Origin: Escherichia phage HC13
Direction: 5' to 3' (one strand)
Length of the DNA: 39,803 nt
Sequence record: OL362276.1
Part shown: in pieces, positions 23,891 to 34,011 of the stretch
Layout of the letters: each line of letters opens with the position of its first letter
Numbering within the stretch: the stretch's first letter is position 1
Position numbers and translations under genes: made by a program
The notes under the pieces: model-generated
Databases searched by the model: none
Seen by the model: the letters and a program-made list of their open reading frames with translations, nothing else
What the model was told of the DNA's origin: nothing

Positions 23891-26248
23891 ATGCCGCTTA
23901 TTACGCAAAGCATAAAAAATCTTAAGGGTGGCATTAGCCAACAGCCTGACATCCTGAGGTTCTCAGACCAAGGCGAGGCCCAAGTTAACTGCTGGTCATC
24001 CGAGAGTGATGGCCTCCAGAAGCGTCCACCTACAGTCTTCAAGCGACGTCTTAACATCGACGTTGGGAGCAACCCTAAGTTCCACCTGATTAACCGTGAT
24101 GAGCAGGAGCAGTATTACATCGTGTTCAACGGGTCCAACATTCAGGTAGTCGACTTGAGCGGTAATCAATACTCAGTTTCCGGTGAGGTAGACTACGTTA
24201 AGTCGTCCAACCCGCGAGATGACATCCGTGTCGTTACTGTTGCAGACTATACGTTCGTCGTTAACCGTAAGGTTGTCGTTAAAGGTGGAAGCGAGAAGTC
24301 ACACTCTGGTTATAATCGTAAAGCTCGTGCTTTAATTAACCTGCGTGGTGGACAGTATGGTCGCACCCTTAAGGTAGGAATCAACGGAGGAGTTAAGGTT
24401 TCGCATAAGTTGCCAGCAGGTAATGATGCCGAGAATGACCCACCTAAGGTGGACGCTCAAGCCATCGGTGCAGCTCTGAGAGACCTTCTTGTTGCTGCTT
24501 ACCCTACCTTCACGTTCGACATTGGGTCTGGATTCCTGTTAATCACTGCCCCTTCAGGGACTGACATTAACTCAGTGGAGACGGAGGATGGCTATGCTAA
24601 CCAGCTAATCAGCCCAGTACTCGACACGGTGCAAACAATCTCTAAGTTGCCTCTTGCAGCTCCAAATGGGTACATCATTAAGATTCAAGGTGAGACCAAC
24701 AGTAGCGCCGATGAATATTACGTGATGTATGACTCCAACACTAAGACGTGGAAGGAGACAGTAGAGCCGGGAGTGGTCACTGGGTTCGATAACACCACAA
24801 TGCCTCATGCTCTGGTGAGACAATCTGACGGCTCCTTTGAGTTCAAGACTCTGGACTGGTCTAATCGTGGTGCTGGTAATGATGACACAAACCCTATGCC
24901 TAGCTTCGTGGATGCTACGATTAACGATGTGTTCTTCTACAGGAATAGGCTGGGGTTCTTGTCAGGCGAGAACGTAATCATGAGCCGTTCAGCCAGCTAC
25001 TTTGCGTTCTTCCCTAAGAGTGTGGCTACACTGAGTGATGATGATCCTATTGACGTAGCTGTAAGTCATCCTAGAATCTCAATCCTTAAGTATGCCGTTC
25101 CGTTTAGCGAGCAGCTACTACTTTGGTCGGATGAGGTGCAGTTCGTGATGACAAGCTCTGGGGTCCTTACCTCGAAGTCTATCCAGCTTGATGTAGGCTC
25201 AGAGTTTGCTTTAGGAGATAATGCCAGACCGTTCGCTGTAGGACGCTCAGTCTTCTTCTCAGCGCCTCGTGGGTCATTCACCAGCATTAAGCGATACTTC
25301 GCTGTAGCAGATGTGTCTGACGTGAAGGATGCTGATGATACCACTGGACACGTACTGTCCTATATCCCTAACGGTGTGTTCGACATTCAGGGGACAGGGA
25401 CTGAGAACTACATCTGCGTCAACTCTACAGGTGCATACAACAGAATCTACATCTACAAGTTCTTGTTTAAGGACGGCGTACAGCTTCAAGCCTCTTGGTC
25501 GCACTGGGAGTTCCCTAAAGCTGATAAGATTCTGGCGTCTGCGTCGATTGGCTCTACCATGTTCATTGTTCGTCAGCATCAAGGCGGAGTGGACCTTGAG
25601 CACCTTAAGTTCATCAAGGAGGCCACTGACTTTCCGTTAGAACCATATAGACTCCACGTTGACTCCAAGGTGTCTATGGTAATACCAATTGGCTCATACA
25701 ACGCTGACGCCTATAAGACTACGGTTGACATTGGTTCTGCTTATGGTGGAAACGCTCCGTCTCCCGGTAGGTACTATCTGATTGACAGTCAGGGTGCCTA
25801 CGTGGACCTTGGTGAATTGACCGACATCTCAACTGTGGCTGTGCTCAATGGCGATTGGTCAGGACGTACAGTGTTCATCGGACGGTCTTACCTGATGTCC
25901 TACAAGTTCTCACGGTTCCTGATTAAGATTGAAGACGAGAGTGGCACTCAGTCTGAAGACACTGGACGCCTACAACTTCGTCGGGCTTGGGTAAACTACA
26001 AGGACACTGGCGCTCTTAGACTCATTGTCAGAAACGGTGAGCGGGAGTTCGTGAACACCTTTAATGGTTACACCCTTGGTCAGCAAACCATAGGGACTAC
26101 CAACATTGGGGATGGTCAGTATCGATTCGCTATGAATGGTAACGCATTAACCACGAGTCTAACCTTAGAGTCAGACTATCCTACCCCAGTGTCCATCGTT
26201 GGGTGTGGCTGGGAGGCGTCATACGCTAAGAAAGCTCGTTCCGTCTAA
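23891..26248 (+). CDS. 12: Tail tubular protein B (gene 12)
   Basis: Aligns with T7 gp12 (ITQSIKNLKGGISQQPDILR, VTVADYTFVVNR, FFYRNRLGFLSGEN, DDDPIDVAVS, LQLRRAWVNY, GCGWE). Confidence 0.96.
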   Translation: MPLITQSIKNLKGGISQQPDILRFSDQGEAQVNCWSSESDGLQKRPPTVFKRRLNIDVGSNPKFHLINRDEQEQYYIVFNGSNIQVVDLSGNQYSVSGEVDYVKSSNPRDDIRVVTVADYTFVVNRKVVVKGGSEKSHSGYNRKARALINLRGGQYGRTLKVGINGGVKVSHKLPAGNDAENDPPKVDAQAIGAALRDLLVAAYPTFTFDIGSGFLLITAPSGTDINSVETEDGYANQLISPVLDTVQTISKLPLAAPNGYIIKIQGETNSSADEYYVMYDSNTKTWKETVEPGVVTGFDNTTMPHALVRQSDGSFEFKTLDWSNRGAGNDDTNPMPSFVDATINDVFFYRNRLGFLSGENVIMSRSASYFAFFPKSVATLSDDDPIDVAVSHPRISILKYAVPFSEQLLLWSDEVQFVMTSSGVLTSKSIQLDVGSEFALGDNARPFAVGRSVFFSAPRGSFTSIKRYFAVADVSDVKDADDTTGHVLSYIPNGVFDIQGTGTENYICVNSTGAYNRIYIYKFLFKDGVQLQASWSHWEFPKADKILASASIGSTMFIVRQHQGGVDLEHLKFIKEATDFPLEPYRLHVDSKVSMVIPIGSYNADAYKTTVDIGSAYGGNAPSPGRYYLIDSQGAYVDLGELTDISTVAVLNGDWSGRTVFIGRSYLMSYKFSRFLIKIEDESGTQSEDTGRLQLRRAWVNYKDTGALRLIVRNGEREFVNTFNGYTLGQQTIGTTNIGDGQYRFAMNGNALTTSLTLESDYPTPVSIVGCGWEASYAKKARSV

Positions 26249-26272
26249 CTTATTGAAGGGCCTATAGATTTA

Positions 26273-26296
26273 CCTTAACTATCACTATAGGGACTA
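26273..26296 (+). promoter_or_regulatory. Phage RNAP promoter (TTAACTATCACTATAGGGA, +1 about 26290)
   Basis: Promoter-family match. Position equals T7 phi13. Flanked by the inverted repeat GGGCCTATAG / CTATAGGCCC. Confidence 0.8.
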
Positions 26297-26324
26297 TAGG
26301 CCCTTAAGGTCATAAGGAGACTTT

Positions 26325-26786
26325 ATGTATATTCGCAAGGCTACGGATGTAGACGTTTGGTACGCTGCTGCACAACTTACAGATGACGACTTAGAGGAGT
26401 GTAAAGCCAACTATGGGACCACTGAAGGTCTCACTGAAAGGCTGCAAGCACACCTAACGTCTACATCTGTTGTTTTGACTAACGCTCTTGGAGAGATTTA
26501 CGCCTATGGTGGCAACCAAGGTGACAACGTTTGGTTCCTGACTACCAGAATGACCGAGCGTCTCCCGCCTAAAGGTAAGCGAGAGTTCCGTGAGAGAATC
26601 ATGGAGTATCGTGACAAGATGCTGGAGGACTATCCGGTACTATGGAACTACGTCTGGGAAGGCAATACGTCTCATATCCGGTTTCTCAAGTCAATAGGAG
26701 CTAAGTTCCACGACGATAAGTGGACCAGAAGTCCAGTGACTGGAGAAGTATTTATTCTATTCACAATCACTAAGGAGGACACGTGA
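26325..26786 (+). CDS. Internal virion protein gp13-like
   Basis: 153 aa, good SD. Positional equivalent of T7 gene 13; no sequence recollection to confirm. Confidence 0.55.
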   Translation: MYIRKATDVDVWYAAAQLTDDDLEECKANYGTTEGLTERLQAHLTSTSVVLTNALGEIYAYGGNQGDNVWFLTTRMTERLPPKGKREFRERIMEYRDKMLEDYPVLWNYVWEGNTSHIRFLKSIGAKFHDDKWTRSPVTGEVFILFTITKEDT

Positions 26787-27169
26787 CTAAGGTCTGTACC
26801 GTCTGTAAAATTGAAAAGCCACTAGAAGCGTTCTCCCCACGGAAAGACTCTAAGTGTGGTGTACGCTCTGCCTGTAAGCTGTGTCATAATGGACGAAGCC
26901 ACAAGAACAAGGGATACGAGAAGTATCACATTACGCAGATAGAATATGATTCCATCCTAAAAGAGCAGGGCGGGGTCTGCGCAATCTGCAAGACATTAGG
27001 AACTAGCCGAGGATTATGCGTTGACCACTGTCACACCTCCGGGAAAGTCCGAGGAATCCTATGTCATACCTGCAACCTAAAGCTGACCCGTAGAAACTAC
27101 CACTCTACATGCGAAGATTTCGATGGTAAGGCTGCTGAGTATCTGGCTACAAGCCGGAAGGGGGATTAG
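26783..27169 (+). CDS. HNH homing endonuclease, endonuclease VII-like (second copy)
   Basis: GGVCAICKT...[24 protein letters not shown] is the same His-Me finger signature as ORF 13213..13644. N-terminal CTVC...CKLC zinc ribbon. ATGA-overlaps the gene 13 stop. Confidence 0.8.
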   Translation: MTKVCTVCKIEKPLEAFSPRKDSKCGVRSACKLCHNGRSHKNKGYEKYHITQIEYDSILKEQGGVCAICKTLGTSRGLCVDHCHTSGKVRGILCHTCNLKLTRRNYHSTCEDFDGKAAEYLATSRKGD

Positions 27170-27205
27170 GAAATTTGCGAACCAATTTCAATCGGTCTAG
27201 GAATC

Positions 27206-27760
27206 ATGTCTGTAGCAGGGGCCACTATGTCCGCATCCCAACAGGCCAAGGCCGAAGGTGCGGCAATTGACGCTCAGAACCGTCAGGCTCAGGAGATGGT
27301 TAAGCAGATGAACTACTCTGACGCCAACCTGAGGATGCAGGAGCGCGACCTGAAGGAGCAGCAGATGGCTGAACTGACAGAGACCACGCTCAACGGTATC
27401 CGCAATCAGGGTATGGTCCGAGCTGCGGTGGCTGAGTCCGGTCTGGAAGGTAACTCTATGGACAGGATTGAACGTCAGGTAGCAGGAGATACAGTCAAGG
27501 AGCGAGCAGGGATTACCGAAAGTTACAACCGCGACTATGCGGCTATCTTCGGGAACCGTATCGCCAACATTGAGAACACCAAGTCTGCTATCCACGGTCA
27601 AGGTAAAATCATCAAGACCAGCCCACTGGCTCATGCACTTAATGTGGCAAGCGCCGGGATGCAGGGGTACGCTGCTGGTAAGTCAATCTCTGGGGCATCA
27701 AGCTCTGGTGGTGCTGCACCGATTAGTGCTGCTAAAGGTACACCTACAGGTCATAGCTAA
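27206..27760 (+). CDS. 14: Internal virion protein A (gene 14)
   Basis: Aligns with T7 gp14 as recalled (GNSMDRIERQ..., ESYNRDYAAIFG, Gly/Ala/Ser-rich C-terminus). Confidence 0.8.
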   Translation: MSVAGATMSASQQAKAEGAAIDAQNRQAQEMVKQMNYSDANLRMQERDLKEQQMAELTETTLNGIRNQGMVRAAVAESGLEGNSMDRIERQVAGDTVKERAGITESYNRDYAAIFGNRIANIENTKSAIHGQGKIIKTSPLAHALNVASAGMQGYAAGKSISGASSSGGAAPISAAKGTPTGHS

Positions 27761-27771
27761 GAGGAGGACTA

Positions 27772-30054
27772 ATGGCTAGTAATATTGAATCAGCTCTGGC
27801 TAATCGGACTATGGGTCGTGGCAGAGCGCCGGGTAAAACTATCGCCGTCAACTATCAAGCAGCCAGCGTTCAGGCTCCAACTGGTGACTCCGGTCTGGCT
27901 CGGGCGTTAACCAACTTCGTTGAGTCTGGGACTGGATTATACAAGCAGTTCAAAGACGAGGAGAAGACACGGGCCGACGAGCGGTCTAACGAGATTATCC
28001 GTAAGCTGACACCTCAACAAAGACGTGAGGCTATCCAGAACGGCACACTGCTGTATCAGGACGACCCTTACGCTATGGAAGCACTTCGAGCCAAGACTGG
28101 ACGTAACGCTGCCTTTGCGGTGGATGACGAGATTAACGTTAAGATTCAGAACGGTGAGTTCCGTACACGTCAGGACATGGAAGAGTATCGCCACCAGCGA
28201 CTTCAGGACGCCGCTAAGTCCTATGCTGAAGAGGCGGGTATTAACCCTACCGATGAGTTCTTCCAGCGCGGGTTCAACGATAACATCACAGACCGCAACA
28301 TCGCTATCTATGGGTCTTTCAATAAGTATTTCAGCAAGCAGTCTGAAGAGACAGCAATGTTGAACACTCGTATTGAGATGAACTCGTTCCTTAACGATGG
28401 CGACCTGATGCGTTCACCTGAGTCTGGCAAGACATTCATGGCCTACCTTCGTGACGGACTGACTACTGCTGCTATCCCCTCGGACCAGCGAGCGCGGGAG
28501 GTCATTACCCAGACGGTCCGTGACGCAATCCAGAAGTCAGGCGGCTCAAACTTCCTACAGCAAGTACGAGGCGAGCGCATCTCCCTTAACGGAGTGGACG
28601 CTACAGTCGAGGAGATTGTAGGACCTGATGTCTTCAACGCTGCTATTGTTGAGGCACAAGGAACTGAGTACAAGCTGGTGGCTAAGTATCAGGAAGACTT
28701 ATCGTTAGGCGTTCAGTCTGCGATTCTTCAGGACGACCCAACCATCGGTCTTGCCCAGATTCAGAAACTCAAGGAGCAGAACAACCTGCTTCAGCCGGGT
28801 GAAGAACTTACGCCTCAGCGTCAGATGCTTATTAATGCCGAAGCCAGCTTACTGGAAGCGGTCAAGCGTAAGTCTGCTGAACAGGCGAAGGAGAACACTA
28901 AGTTAATCCAGACCCAGAACAAGCAACTAGTCATAGACCAAGTGTATCAGCGACGTCTGTCTGGAGACAACGTGTCCACCAACTATGAGGACCTTCCGGT
29001 CTCTGAAGCCACAGGAGAGTTCAAGCGTTCAGACATGAACAACTATGCGTCTGCTAAGCTACAGCAGATTGACCAGATGGACATCCCTGAGGCTGCTAAG
29101 GACGCCCAGAAGGTGGCATTGTTAAGGGCTGACACTAACAACGGTCCGTTCCGTAATGCCTTCCAGACTCTTACTCAGGACGCTGCTGGTGAGTGGCAGG
29201 CTTCGGTCATCCGTGGACAGTACGACCCAGACAAGATGCAACGCTTCGAGTCTCTTCGCCGTGCCTACACTCAGGACCCTTCAAGTTTCGCTGCTCTGTA
29301 TCCTGACCAAGCTCAGTTGTTCTCTACGTTCGACCAGATGGACAAGATGGGTCTGGACCCTCAGACGATGATTGAAGCTGATAAGCAAGCTGCAAGTCAA
29401 AGCCGTGAGATGCGCATGGAGTCAGACAAGGCGTGGCAGGAGTTGAAGAACGACTCTCGGAATAAGGACCTTTCGCGTCTTCCTACGTCTCTGGACTCAA
29501 GTGCTCGTAAGGTCTGGGACTCATGGTACTATCGTACCGGTAACGCTGACGCTGCAACTCAGCAGACTCAACGCTGGCTGAATGAGAACACCTTAACGTT
29601 CCAGTCTGAAGGTTCTGACGGTAAGTCCATCGGCATGGTGTCGAAGCACCAGCTTATGGTCGGGGATAACCCAGAGTCGTGGCAGGTGGGTCGAGACATT
29701 ATCGACACCGCTCGTCAGCAGCTCATTAAGGCCAACCCTTGGGTAGTGAACTCTCAGTTGTCAGTTGTTGAACAGAACGGCTCTATCTTCCTCCAAGACG
29801 CTACAGGGACTATTCGTATTCGCTACGATAAAGAACTTGTAGGTAAACTCTACCGCGAACAACAGCAGAAGGCACAAGATGCCGCATATGCTCAGGCAGA
29901 ACGTGACGCTAACAAGCGAGCGCGTATCGTCGGGACTAAAGCTGCTGGTGACAAACGTCGTGCTGACCGAGAGGCCAACATCGAGAAGCGCGGTGGGATG
30001 TACAATGACGTCTCACTGGAGGGTATCGCAAACACCTTAATCGGTAAGGAGTAA
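27772..30054 (+). CDS. 15: Internal virion protein B (gene 15)
   Basis: 760 aa, position and size equal T7 gp15 (747 aa). Strong SD. Confidence 0.8.
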   Translation: MASNIESALANRTMGRGRAPGKTIAVNYQAASVQAPTGDSGLARALTNFVESGTGLYKQFKDEEKTRADERSNEIIRKLTPQQRREAIQNGTLLYQDDPYAMEALRAKTGRNAAFAVDDEINVKIQNGEFRTRQDMEEYRHQRLQDAAKSYAEEAGINPTDEFFQRGFNDNITDRNIAIYGSFNKYFSKQSEETAMLNTRIEMNSFLNDGDLMRSPESGKTFMAYLRDGLTTAAIPSDQRAREVITQTVRDAIQKSGGSNFLQQVRGERISLNGVDATVEEIVGPDVFNAAIVEAQGTEYKLVAKYQEDLSLGVQSAILQDDPTIGLAQIQKLKEQNNLLQPGEELTPQRQMLINAEASLLEAVKRKSAEQAKENTKLIQTQNKQLVIDQVYQRRLSGDNVSTNYEDLPVSEATGEFKRSDMNNYASAKLQQIDQMDIPEAAKDAQKVALLRADTNNGPFRNAFQTLTQDAAGEWQASVIRGQYDPDKMQRFESLRRAYTQDPSSFAALYPDQAQLFSTFDQMDKMGLDPQTMIEADKQAASQSREMRMESDKAWQELKNDSRNKDLSRLPTSLDSSARKVWDSWYYRTGNADAATQQTQRWLNENTLTFQSEGSDGKSIGMVSKHQLMVGDNPESWQVGRDIIDTARQQLIKANPWVVNSQLSVVEQNGSIFLQDATGTIRIRYDKELVGKLYREQQQKAQDAAYAQAERDANKRARIVGTKAAGDKRRADREANIEKRGGMYNDVSLEGIANTLIGKE

Positions 30055-30059
30055 TAATA

Positions 30060-33000
30060 ATGGCAACACGTGGTGTAAGGAACGCAAACCCCGGGAACCT
30101 CCGTAAGTCCAAAGACCAGTGGGAAGGTGCTATAGGCGATGATGGTGCATTCGTCATCTTCGATAGTCCTGAATCTGGGGTCCGAGCCTTAGCGAAAAAC
30201 CTTCAAAGCTACGGTCGCCAAGGCTATGACTCAATCGAGAAGATTATCAACCGATGGGCGCCACCCAGCGAGAACGACACTCAGTCCTACATCAACTCTG
30301 TTGTGGCTGCGACTGGTATTCCAGCAACCCAAAGTATCGACTTGACGAACCCTGATGTCCTCGCCGCTCTGTCTGAGGCTATCGGCTACCATGAGACAGG
30401 CTCCCGGTACGACCCAGAAGTCTATCAGAAGGGAGTCGCAAGAGCACTCAATGGCATTAGCCCAAAGACTCCACCAGTAAGCGCTAACGTATTTGACGCA
30501 CTCACGGAAGGACTCAAGGCTAAACCTAAAGTAGCTCTTGGTGAGAACCTTCCGACCGCTGCTGGTATGAACATTGAGGGTCAAGCACCTGAAGCTCCCA
30601 ACGAATCGTTCGGTGAGATGTTCTATAAGGCTACTGGCGAGACCATGCAGGAACGAGAGGATCGCTCTACGTGGTTCGGTTTCGGTGCGGCTACAGAAGC
30701 TGAAGTGAAGAACTCTATGGTCGGCGTGGCTATCAGAGCTGGTCAGACTGAGGACTCACTTGATGTCATTGGCGATGTGTTCAACCCTACCCGCTGGAAC
30801 AACCATAAGTGGACTCGTGAAGAGCTGGACCAGATTCGTAACGCTGGGGTTCTGCCTCAGTATTACGGAGTCATTACTGGCGGTTCTCCTCAGAATCTGA
30901 CAGAGCTGATTAACTTGGCGTTGGAGAACCAGAAGTTGGACCAAGAGAAGGCCAAGGCTGGGACTGGTGCTCAGTTAGCAGCTGGTGTGATTGGTGCTGG
31001 TGTAGACCCGCTGACCTACGTTCCTATCGCTGGACAGGTTGGCAAAGGTGCGAAGCTGGTCAACAAGATGTTCACCGTGGCTGCTCAATCTGGAGCACTT
31101 GCTGGTGTATCAGAGATGGCCCGTACCTCAGTGGCTGGTGGTGATGCTCATGTGGCTGAAGCTATCCTTGGTGGTGCCCTCTTTGGTGGTGGTATGACTG
31201 CCATCGCTGATGGGTTAGGCAGAGCCTTAGGTCGCAACACTAATGAGTTTGCTGGCCCAGCTACACGTCTGGAAGCTCGTGAGACCGCTCGTAACGTTGA
31301 TGGTCAGGACCTGTCTCGTCTGCCTATTCAGGAAGGTGAGCAGACATTTAGTCATCAAGGCGTTAAGTTCGCTGACGTTCCTAATGAGCCGGGAAGTGTA
31401 CGATTAGAAGACGGTTCAATCCTGATTGGTGAGAACCCTCTGAACCCTAAGACACGTCAAGTCTTTGACGAAGTGATTGAGCCGGAACGGGCAGCTGCTG
31501 GCGTGAACCTTGGCGGACTTACCGAGATTGGTCTGAAGCTGCTTCGGTCTGAGAACCCGGAGATTCGTGGAGTAGCTGCTGACTTAGTGCGTTCACCGAC
31601 TGGTATGCAGTCTGGGGCTTCAGGTAAAATCGGGACCACTGCGTCTGACGTATTCGAGAGACTTCGTGCTGTAGACCATCGGTTCTACAACGACATCGAC
31701 GATGCTGTTACTGAGGCACTCAAGGACCCTTACTTCCAGACAGCATTCTGGCGAGACTCTGGCGCATTCCGTCAGGACATCTACCAGCGTGTGTCTATGG
31801 CTATTGAAGACGGAAGTGGGAACCTGAAGGCTGAACTGACTCCTGGAGAACTGAAAGTCTATGACCTGCTGAAGAACCAGTTTGACGCCAAGCGTGAGAT
31901 GATGGAGAACCCGGCGATGTTTGGTCGCCCAGACGCTCAGTCTATCTTTCCGGGTAGCCGCTTCAAGGGAACATACGTCCCGCATGTGTATAGCAACCAG
32001 ATGAAGGAGCTGTACATCAAGGAGCTTGGGAGTCCAGAGGCGTTGCAGGAGGCCATCAAGAAGTCATGGTTGACCAGCTATGCGTCTCGACCTGAAGTCA
32101 AGAAACGCGTGGACGAGGCACTCTTAGAGGCTGACCCTACGTTGACCCCAGAAGGACTTGCTGCTGCGGTCGATAAGTACGCCAACGATAAGGCTTACGG
32201 TATCTCTCACACCGAGCAGTTCGAGCGTTCATCCGTAATGGAAGAGAACATCAATGGTCTGGTGGGTCTGGAGAACAACAGCTTCCTTGAGGCCCGTAAC
32301 CTGTTCGATAGCGATATGTCAATCGTCCTACCTAACGGTCAGACCTTCAGTGTCAACAACCTGCGTGAGTGGGACATGGACAAGATTGTCCCGGCCTACA
32401 ACCGTCGAGTTAATGGCGATATTGCTATCATGGCTGGTACAGGCAAGACCACGAAGGACATGAAGGACTTGGTTGAGACCCTGATGAACAAGGCTGGGGA
32501 TGACGGTAAGTTGAAAGGTGAAGTATCTACCTTACGTGACACTTTGAAGATTCTAACTGGTCGTGCTCGACGTGATGGTGCTGATGATGCGGCCTTCGCT
32601 ACCGTGATGCGCACAATGACAGACCTATCGTTCTTCGCTAAGAATGCCTACATGGGTGTTCAGAACTTAACGGAGATTGGTGGTATGCTGGCTCGTGGTA
32701 ACGTTCGTGCAATGCTTCATGGAGTCCCAATTTTCCGTGACTTAGCCTTCCGTAACAAGAAGGTTGGGGCCTCAGAGATTAAGGACCTGCACAATGTTAT
32801 CTTCGGTAAGGAACTTGATGACTCAATCCGTCCGTCTAAACAGGATGTCATTGACCGTCTGCGATCTTACAGTGACCTCGGTCGTGGTACAGCTACAGCT
32901 CTGGGGACTGCCAAGTATTACACTGGCGAACTTGCAGTACGCTCTCCGTTCACTAAAGTCCTCAACGGTACGACCAACTACCTGTTAGATGCTGGACGTC

Positions 33001-33947
33001 AGGGCTTCCTGTCTGACATCGTGGAGCATAGCCTGACTGGTAGTAAGCGTAAGTTCGATGACCGCTGGCTGAAGACCGCTAGTATCTCTGACGAGCAGTG
33101 GAAGGGCATTAAGTCCCTAATCCGTGAGTCAGTGACTCGTGGTCCAGACGGGAAGTACACCATCAAGGATAAGAAGGCGTTCAGTCAGGACCCAAGGGCT
33201 ATGGACCTCTGGCGTATGGGTGACACCATCGCTGATGAGACCCTGCTCCGTCCCCACAAGCTGAGCAACATGGACGCCAAGGCTTATGGTCCGATAGCGA
33301 AGACTGTCTTGCAGTTTAAGAACTTCGTTATCAAGTCTATCAACGGTCGAACCATGCGTACCTTCTACAATGCCACCAAGAACAACCGAGCTATGGACGC
33401 TGCGCTGTCAACGGTTATGTCTATGGGTCTGGCTGGAATGTACTACATGGCTCAGGCGCACATAAAGGCTTACGCTATGCAGGACGGTCGTGACCGAGAG
33501 TATCTGAAGCAAGCCCTTAACCCAACAATGATTGGCTATGCGGCGCTGTCCCGTAGCTCCCACTTAGGTGGTCCTCTTGGGGTCGCCAACATTCTGGGTG
33601 GAATCGCTGGGTATGAGGACACTAAGATGCTCCGCTCGTCAATCCTTCCGCGCTCACCTACCGAGAAGACGGAGAAGCCAATCGCCTTTGGTGCTGCTTC
33701 CAGTGGTCCGGTAATGAATGTGGTCGGCAACTTCCTTGAGCAGGTCCCGGCTTTCGGCTATGCTGCTAACGTTGGTGCTACGGCTTACAACTTGGCGGGA
33801 TACCTCAAGGCTGATACCCGTGTCAACGAGCGAGACTACATGACCGGGATGTATAACACGTTCCGTGAACTTGTACCGAATGACCCGATTACCCAGAAGT
33901 TGCTGCTTGGAACGTTTGAGGAGCAGGGCATCCACATCAAGGACTAA
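30060..33947 (+). CDS. 16: Internal virion protein C with N-terminal lytic transglycosylase-like domain (gene 16)
   Basis: 1295 aa (T7 gp16 about 1318 aa). N-terminus GVRNANPGNLR...GYHETGSRYD is typical of the gp16 peptidoglycan-hydrolase region. Confidence 0.85.
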   Translation: MATRGVRNANPGNLRKSKDQWEGAIGDDGAFVIFDSPESGVRALAKNLQSYGRQGYDSIEKIINRWAPPSENDTQSYINSVVAATGIPATQSIDLTNPDVLAALSEAIGYHETGSRYDPEVYQKGVARALNGISPKTPPVSANVFDALTEGLKAKPKVALGENLPTAAGMNIEGQAPEAPNESFGEMFYKATGETMQEREDRSTWFGFGAATEAEVKNSMVGVAIRAGQTEDSLDVIGDVFNPTRWNNHKWTREELDQIRNAGVLPQYYGVITGGSPQNLTELINLALENQKLDQEKAKAGTGAQLAAGVIGAGVDPLTYVPIAGQVGKGAKLVNKMFTVAAQSGALAGVSEMARTSVAGGDAHVAEAILGGALFGGGMTAIADGLGRALGRNTNEFAGPATRLEARETARNVDGQDLSRLPIQEGEQTFSHQGVKFADVPNEPGSVRLEDGSILIGENPLNPKTRQVFDEVIEPERAAAGVNLGGLTEIGLKLLRSENPEIRGVAADLVRSPTGMQSGASGKIGTTASDVFERLRAVDHRFYNDIDDAVTEALKDPYFQTAFWRDSGAFRQDIYQRVSMAIEDGSGNLKAELTPGELKVYDLLKNQFDAKREMMENPAMFGRPDAQSIFPGSRFKGTYVPHVYSNQMKELYIKELGSPEALQEAIKKSWLTSYASRPEVKKRVDEALLEADPTLTPEGLAAAVDKYANDKAYGISHTEQFERSSVMEENINGLVGLENNSFLEARNLFDSDMSIVLPNGQTFSVNNLREWDMDKIVPAYNRRVNGDIAIMAGTGKTTKDMKDLVETLMNKAGDDGKLKGEVSTLRDTLKILTGRARRDGADDAAFATVMRTMTDLSFFAKNAYMGVQNLTEIGGMLARGNVRAMLHGVPIFRDLAFRNKKVGASEIKDLHNVIFGKELDDSIRPSKQDVIDRLRSYSDLGRGTATALGTAKYYTGELAVRSPFTKVLNGTTNYLLDAGRQGFLSDIVEHSLTGSKRKFDDRWLKTASISDEQWKGIKSLIRESVTRGPDGKYTIKDKKAFSQDPRAMDLWRMGDTIADETLLRPHKLSNMDAKAYGPIAKTVLQFKNFVIKSINGRTMRTFYNATKNNRAMDAALSTVMSMGLAGMYYMAQAHIKAYAMQDGRDREYLKQALNPTMIGYAALSRSSHLGGPLGVANILGGIAGYEDTKMLRSSILPRSPTEKTEKPIAFGAASSGPVMNVVGNFLEQVPAFGYAANVGATAYNLAGYLKADTRVNERDYMTGMYNTFRELVPNDPITQKLLLGTFEEQGIHIKD

Positions 33948-33966
33948 ACTATCACTATAGGAAACT
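33943..33966 (+). promoter_or_regulatory. Phage RNAP promoter (TAAACTATCACTATAGG, +1 about 33960)
   Basis: Promoter-family match. Position equals T7 phi17. Confidence 0.8.
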
Positions 33967-34011
33967 GGAGGCGCTACCATAGGTCTCCGTTTAAATCACA
34001 AAGGAGGCATA

